Assembly (NCBI GenBank): GCA_963776245.1
Contig: CAVZLN010000003.1
Span: 1,120,001-1,184,000, forward strand
Reading direction: 5' to 3'
DNA from: Candidatus Eiseniibacteriota bacterium
Lineage (GTDB): Bacteria; Eisenbacteria; RBG-16-71-46
Length of the DNA: 64,000 nucleotides
A model generated the notes under the pieces. It searched no databases, had not been told where the DNA came from, and saw nothing but the letters and a program-made list of their open reading frames with translations. The position numbers and the translations under genes are program-made. This document shows, piece after piece, positions 58,555-64,000 of the stretch (its first letter is position 1; the number at the start of each line of letters is the position of its first letter).

Positions 58555-59054
58555 ACACGCCCGACCCGCACCCGCCGGGAGCGCTCTCGCGCTGGGCCGC
58601 CCGCGTCGGGCTGGCGCTCATCGTGCTCTCGCTCGCCGCGCTCGCCGCGCTGACGGTGTGGGACCGCACGCGGCGCTGGGAGGTCCCGCGCTTCGAGGCC
58701 ACGCGCTTCGTCGCGCTGGTGCCACCCCCGGCGGTGGCCGCGCCCCCGGCCGCGCAGCGTGAGCGCTGGCTGATGGCGGTGAACCCCGAGTGCGCCCGCT
58801 GCCGCCGCGCGTTCCCCCGGGCGCTCGCGCGCCGCGACCGCGAGGCGGTCCCGCCGCGGCTCGAGGCGCTCATCGTGGACGCCGAGACGCGCCCGGGCCC
58901 CGCGGCGCTCGCGCCCTTCCGCGCCGACGCCGTGTGGTGGGACTCGAGCGGCGTCTGGCGCCACGCGTGGGGGCACCGCGTGTACGGCGAGATCCTGCGA
59001 TTCGCGCCCGATGGCACGCTGCGGGGGGTCGAGCCGCAGCCCGACGAGAAGTAG
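58551..59054 (+). CDS. membrane-anchored thioredoxin-like CxxC protein
   Basis: AGGAG RBS, one TM helix, strand followed by NPECARC, C-terminal ILRFAPDGTL hairpin. Confidence 0.6.
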   Translation: MNTPDPHPPGALSRWAARVGLALIVLSLAALAALTVWDRTRRWEVPRFEATRFVALVPPPAVAAPPAAQRERWLMAVNPECARCRRAFPRALARRDREAVPPRLEALIVDAETRPGPAALAPFRADAVWWDSSGVWRHAWGHRVYGEILRFAPDGTLRGVEPQPDEK

Positions 59055-59101
59055 TCCACCCGCCCCCGCGCACACCACCGCCTCCGCGCTGGGAGTCCAT
59101 C

Positions 59102-59341
59102 ATGCACACCGTCCGTCGCACCGCGGCGTGGCTCGCGCTCGCGGGCCTCGTCGTCGCCCTCCATGCCCCGCCGGCTCGCGCCGGCATCGCCGCGCCGCCC
59201 GAACCCGCGGGGCTCAAGAACCTGTTCAAGTACAGCGGGTGCGCCATCAGCGTGGCCGCCGCGGTCACCCCGCTGGGGATCGCCGGCGCCTTCCTCAATT
59301 GCGCCCGCGTGCTGCTCGACGAGCTCGGGCGGGACCTGTAG
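59102..59341 (+). CDS. small secreted hydrophobic two-Cys peptide A (79 aa)
   Basis: GGGAG RBS, signal peptide ending APPARA, C-X19-C hydrophobic core. Confidence 0.7.
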   Translation: MHTVRRTAAWLALAGLVVALHAPPARAGIAAPPEPAGLKNLFKYSGCAISVAAAVTPLGIAGAFLNCARVLLDELGRDL

Positions 59342-59366
59342 GCCATCCGGCCAGGAGGGATCCAAC

Positions 59367-59615
59367 ATGAAGCGCATCCGCACGCCCCTCGCCCTGCTCC
59401 TCGCCGCCGCGCTGGCGCTCGCGCCGTTCGCCCCGCCGGCGCGTGCCTCCACCGCCCCTCGGCGCGACTCCGTGGCCGGCGTGTACGCCGCGATCGGCTG
59501 CGGGCTGGGCATCAAGGTCATGCTGACGGGAGGGTTCATCAGCCCCACGATCGTCTCGCTCACCATCGGGATCTGCGCCCTCATGATCGCCGACGCGGTC
59601 GCCACCCCCGACTGA
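59367..59615 (+). CDS. small secreted hydrophobic two-Cys peptide B (82 aa)
   Basis: AGGAGG RBS, signal peptide ending APPARA, C-X24-C hydrophobic core. Confidence 0.75.
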   Translation: MKRIRTPLALLLAAALALAPFAPPARASTAPRRDSVAGVYAAIGCGLGIKVMLTGGFISPTIVSLTIGICALMIADAVATPD

Positions 59616-59814
59616 GGCGCGCCGCGGCGGCCGCGGCGCGTCGGGAACCTGGGCCGCGAACCGGACCGGGGACCAGCGGGTGGGGTCGGGAAGGGGCGTT
59701 CCCGCGGAGCGGACCCTTGCCCCTGAACGACCCACTCCCGTCCCACGGTCGCCCCGACCCGCCCCGACCTGGCGCTGGCCATTCACGGTCGGGCGCGGTG
59801 TTAGACTCCGGGCC

Positions 59815-60720
59815 GTGGAATCCACCGTCGCCGACGCCCTGCGCCACGCCATCGCCCGCCTCGACGCCCACGGCTCACCGCGTGCCGAGGCCGAGGAACT
59901 GGTCGGTCGGCTGCTCGAGCTCTCCCGCGCCGAACTCTATCTCGAGCCCGACTTCGCCATCTCCGAGTCCGAGTGGGAGCACTTCGCCGCCTGGGTCGAA
60001 CGGCGGGTGGCCGGCGAGCCACTCCAGTACATCACCGGCCGCGCCGCGTTCCGCGACCTCGACCTGCACGTAAGCCCCGCGGTGCTGGTGCCGCGCCCGG
60101 AGACCGAGGTGCTGGTGCAGGCGGTGCTCGACGTGCTGCGCGCCGCCCGCGCCGCGTGGCCGCAGCCGCGCGTGCTCGACCTCGGCACCGGATCGGGCGC
60201 CATCGCGCTCTCGATCGCGCACGAATGGCCGGCCGCGCGCGTGATCGCCACCGACCTCAGCGACGCCGCGCTCGCGGTGGCGCGTGACAACGCGGTGCGG
60301 CTGGCGCTGACCGAGCGGGTCGCGTTCGCGGCCGGGGACTGGTTCGACGCCGTGGGCGGGGACGACCGGTTCGAGGTGGTGGTCTCGAACCCGCCCTACG
60401 TGGCCGAGCACGAGTTCTCTGCGCTCCCCGCCGATGTGCGCGATCACGAGCCCCGCGCCGCGCTGGTGGGGGGAGAAGCGGGCAACGACGATCTGCGCAC
60501 CATCTCTACCGACGCCCCGCGTCACCTGGTGGCCGGCGGGCTGCTCGCGCTCGAACTGGCGGAGCAGCGCGCCGAGGAGGTGGCGTCGTGGTTCGAGGGG
60601 GCGCAGGACTGGACCGACACCCAGGTCCTGAACGACCTCGCCGGTCGCCCGCGCGTGCTGCTCGCGCGGCGCGCGCGCGGGCCGGCCATCGCGCCCGCGC
60701 AGTGGACGGAATCGCCCTGA
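59815..60720 (+). CDS. prmC: release factor glutamine methyltransferase
   Basis: GEPLQYITG, VLVPRPETE, LDLGTGSGAIA, SNPPY. Confidence 0.96.
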   Translation: MESTVADALRHAIARLDAHGSPRAEAEELVGRLLELSRAELYLEPDFAISESEWEHFAAWVERRVAGEPLQYITGRAAFRDLDLHVSPAVLVPRPETEVLVQAVLDVLRAARAAWPQPRVLDLGTGSGAIALSIAHEWPAARVIATDLSDAALAVARDNAVRLALTERVAFAAGDWFDAVGGDDRFEVVVSNPPYVAEHEFSALPADVRDHEPRAALVGGEAGNDDLRTISTDAPRHLVAGGLLALELAEQRAEEVASWFEGAQDWTDTQVLNDLAGRPRVLLARRARGPAIAPAQWTESP

Positions 60721-60828
60721 GCGGCGCGCTCCGCTCCACGATGTCTGGAGTCTGGTGCAGCGGATGGCTGGGGTCCACGCCCGCGGTCCGCCCGCGGGCT
60801 CGCGACGTCCGTCATCGCGCGTCCGGCC

Positions 60829-61761
60829 CTAGTGGTAGTGCGAGTCCATCTCGCCGGCGCGGACCGCCACCTTGAGCGTGTTGGCCTGCGGCGGGATCGG
60901 GCAGTTGTAGTGCTCGCTCACCGCGCACGCGGGGTTGTACGCGAGATTGAAGTCGAGCACATAGCGCCCGTCCGCGGCCGGTTGGACGTCCACGTAGCGC
61001 CCGAGCGCGTACGATTCGCGGCCGGTGGTGCGATCGCGGAAGAAGATCCCCAGATCGCGCTCACCCACGCCCGGCTCGAGCAGCCGGGTGGCCTCGAGGC
61101 GGCACGCGGTCCGGCCGACCTTGAACTCGAACCATCCCATGCGCAGCGCGTGGCGCTGGTTGCCGCGCGTGGAGAGGATGACGAGGGTGTCGGGCCGGGG
61201 ATCGGGCGTGAGCGCGACCTCGAACCGGTACGCGGGGTCCACCGGGAACCACTTGAGCCCCTTGTAGGCGGCGAAGCGCGGGCTCCTTGGGTCGAACACG
61301 ATGAGGGCGGGGAAGCGCTGGTGCGACAGGCGCAGCGTGAACCTCCCGATCCCGATGCCGCTCGGTCCCAGCGTGGCGTCACGGGTCTCGGCGTCCCTCA
61401 CCTTGAAGGCCGCCCCGGCGTCGAGCGCCTCGACGTGGAACGAGTCCCCCACCACGGTCACGCGCAGGTGATGCCCCTTCACGGCGTCGTCGTCGATGCG
61501 CACGTCACAGTCGACGGCGCGTCCCACCACCAGGGCGGTCCGATCGCCGAAGTCCTGGCGCTGCACCGTGGCCAGGTAGGAGGTCGGCCCGCTCCGGAGC
61601 CACTCCAGGGTCTCGGCGCGGTCCTTCTCGATCGCGGCCCGCAGCGAGTCGGCCACGGCGGGGGCGAGGCGGGCCGGGGTCGCGGGCGCCGCGAGCGCGG
61701 GCGCCGTGGCGATCATCAGGGCGAGCAGCGCGGCGCACGGCAGGGCGGGATGGCGAGTCAT
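60829..61761 (-). CDS. secreted DUF1684 domain protein
   Basis: GGAGG RBS, signal peptide, FRDRTTGRESY..GRY, LDFNLAYNPACA...CPIPP..N. Confidence 0.88.
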   Translation of the reverse strand: MTRHPALPCAALLALMIATAPALAAPATPARLAPAVADSLRAAIEKDRAETLEWLRSGPTSYLATVQRQDFGDRTALVVGRAVDCDVRIDDDAVKGHHLRVTVVGDSFHVEALDAGAAFKVRDAETRDATLGPSGIGIGRFTLRLSHQRFPALIVFDPRSPRFAAYKGLKWFPVDPAYRFEVALTPDPRPDTLVILSTRGNQRHALRMGWFEFKVGRTACRLEATRLLEPGVGERDLGIFFRDRTTGRESYALGRYVDVQPAADGRYVLDFNLAYNPACAVSEHYNCPIPPQANTLKVAVRAGEMDSHYH

Positions 61762-61986
61762 GCGTTCCTCCATCGGTCGGGGCGATCGGTCCGGCGCAGC
61801 ATAGCGGGGGAACGCGAGGTCGTCACGGGCGCGCGGCGGTTCCCGCGGCGGCTCGGCGCGCAGGTCGGGTCGCGGCAGTTGCGCCGGGAACGGTCGCCGC
61901 CGATAATCCCGCCGCAAGGCGACACCATCCCGAAGCACGCCATCGCGCGCGGCGCCATCGCGCGCGTCATCGAAGGAGAGGCGCCC

Positions 61987-63309
<1,323 letters not shown>

Positions 63310-63386
63310 CCGCGCGGCGCCGAGCGGCCGCGCCGTCGGCCTCGCGCGGGCGGCGCCGTCGTGCCGGGCCGCAGGGGAGACGCCGC

Positions 63387-64000
63387 ATGACCAAGCGTTA
63401 CGACCGCGACTACTTCGACCGCTGGTACCGTGACCCGCGCTGGACGGTGGTGCACCAGGGCGTGCTCGCGCGCCGCGTGCAGCTCGCGGTGGCGGCGTCC
63501 GAGTACCTGCTCGAGCGCGAGCTGCGCACCGTGCTCGACGTCGGCTGCGGCGAGGCGCCGTGGCGCGCGCTGCTCCGGCGCGCGCGGCCGAAGGTGCGCT
63601 ACACCGGCGTGGACTCGAGCGCGTACGCGGTGAAGCGCTACGGCCGCACCCGCGGCATCCGGCTCGGCTCGCTCGCCACCCTCGGCCGGCTCGGCCTCGA
63701 CCCGCCCTACGATCTCATCGTGTGCTCGGACGTGCTCCATTACGTCGGCACCGACGAGGCGCGCCAGGGACTCAAGGCCATCGCGCGGATGCTCGGCGGT
63801 GTGGCGTTCATCGAGATGTTCGCCAAAGAGGACGCGACCGAGGGTGACCAGGAGGATTTCCAGATGCGGCCTGCCGCCACCTATCGCCGGCTGCTGCGCG
63901 AGGCCGGGCTGATCCCGCTCGGGCTGCACTGCTACGCGGGCCGCTTGCTGCAGCGCGAACTGACCACGTTCGAGCGCGGCGGGGTGGTGAACCGCTCTCA
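63387..64000 (+). CDS. class I SAM-dependent methyltransferase (runs off the window)
   Basis: MTKRYDRDYFDRWY..., VLDVGCGE, YDLIVCSDVLHY; open to the window end. Confidence 0.85.
   Translation, partial: MTKRYDRDYFDRWYRDPRWTVVHQGVLARRVQLAVAASEYLLERELRTVLDVGCGEAPWRALLRRARPKVRYTGVDSSAYAVKRYGRTRGIRLGSLATLGRLGLDPPYDLIVCSDVLHYVGTDEARQGLKAIARMLGGVAFIEMFAKEDATEGDQEDFQMRPAATYRRLLREAGLIPLGLHCYAGRLLQRELTTFERGGVVNRS

Overview
A very GC-rich bacterial chromosomal window from a diderm. The gene content (lpxH, outer-membrane barrels, a PorV/UPF0164-like gene, a FlgD/T9SS-like C-terminal domain, three sigma54 activators) suggests an FCB-group lineage such as Ca. Eisenbacteria; this is inference. Housekeeping content includes a caa3-type cytochrome c oxidase operon with ctaA/ctaB, tRNA-fMet, eno, ftsB, a SigW-like ECF sigma with anti-sigma, rlmN with an ntrY/ntrX-like pair, ppx, lpxH, degP, an amidase, a double-module 5'-nucleotidase, lpdA, rho, rpmE, prfA, prmC and murA. 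Several conserved genes are broken by clustered single-base indels, most likely long-read or assembly error. The top candidate for an undescribed system lies at about 24.1-28.4 kb: a small Sec-secreted pro-peptide gene, then a 1039-aa TPR-GAF-sigma54 enhancer-binding protein, then a -24/-12 promoter leading into a ~340-nt highly base-paired non-coding region with repeated AGCA linkers and a terminal stem plus U-tract. This resembles a peptide-sensing quorum circuit with an RNA output. A second candidate is a cassette between prfA and prmC encoding two paralogous secreted two-Cys hydrophobic peptides, a CxxC protein and a membrane protein, also behind a sigma54-like promoter. No CRISPR array, rRNA or mobile element was seen. 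All family assignments come from motif reading, not database searches.
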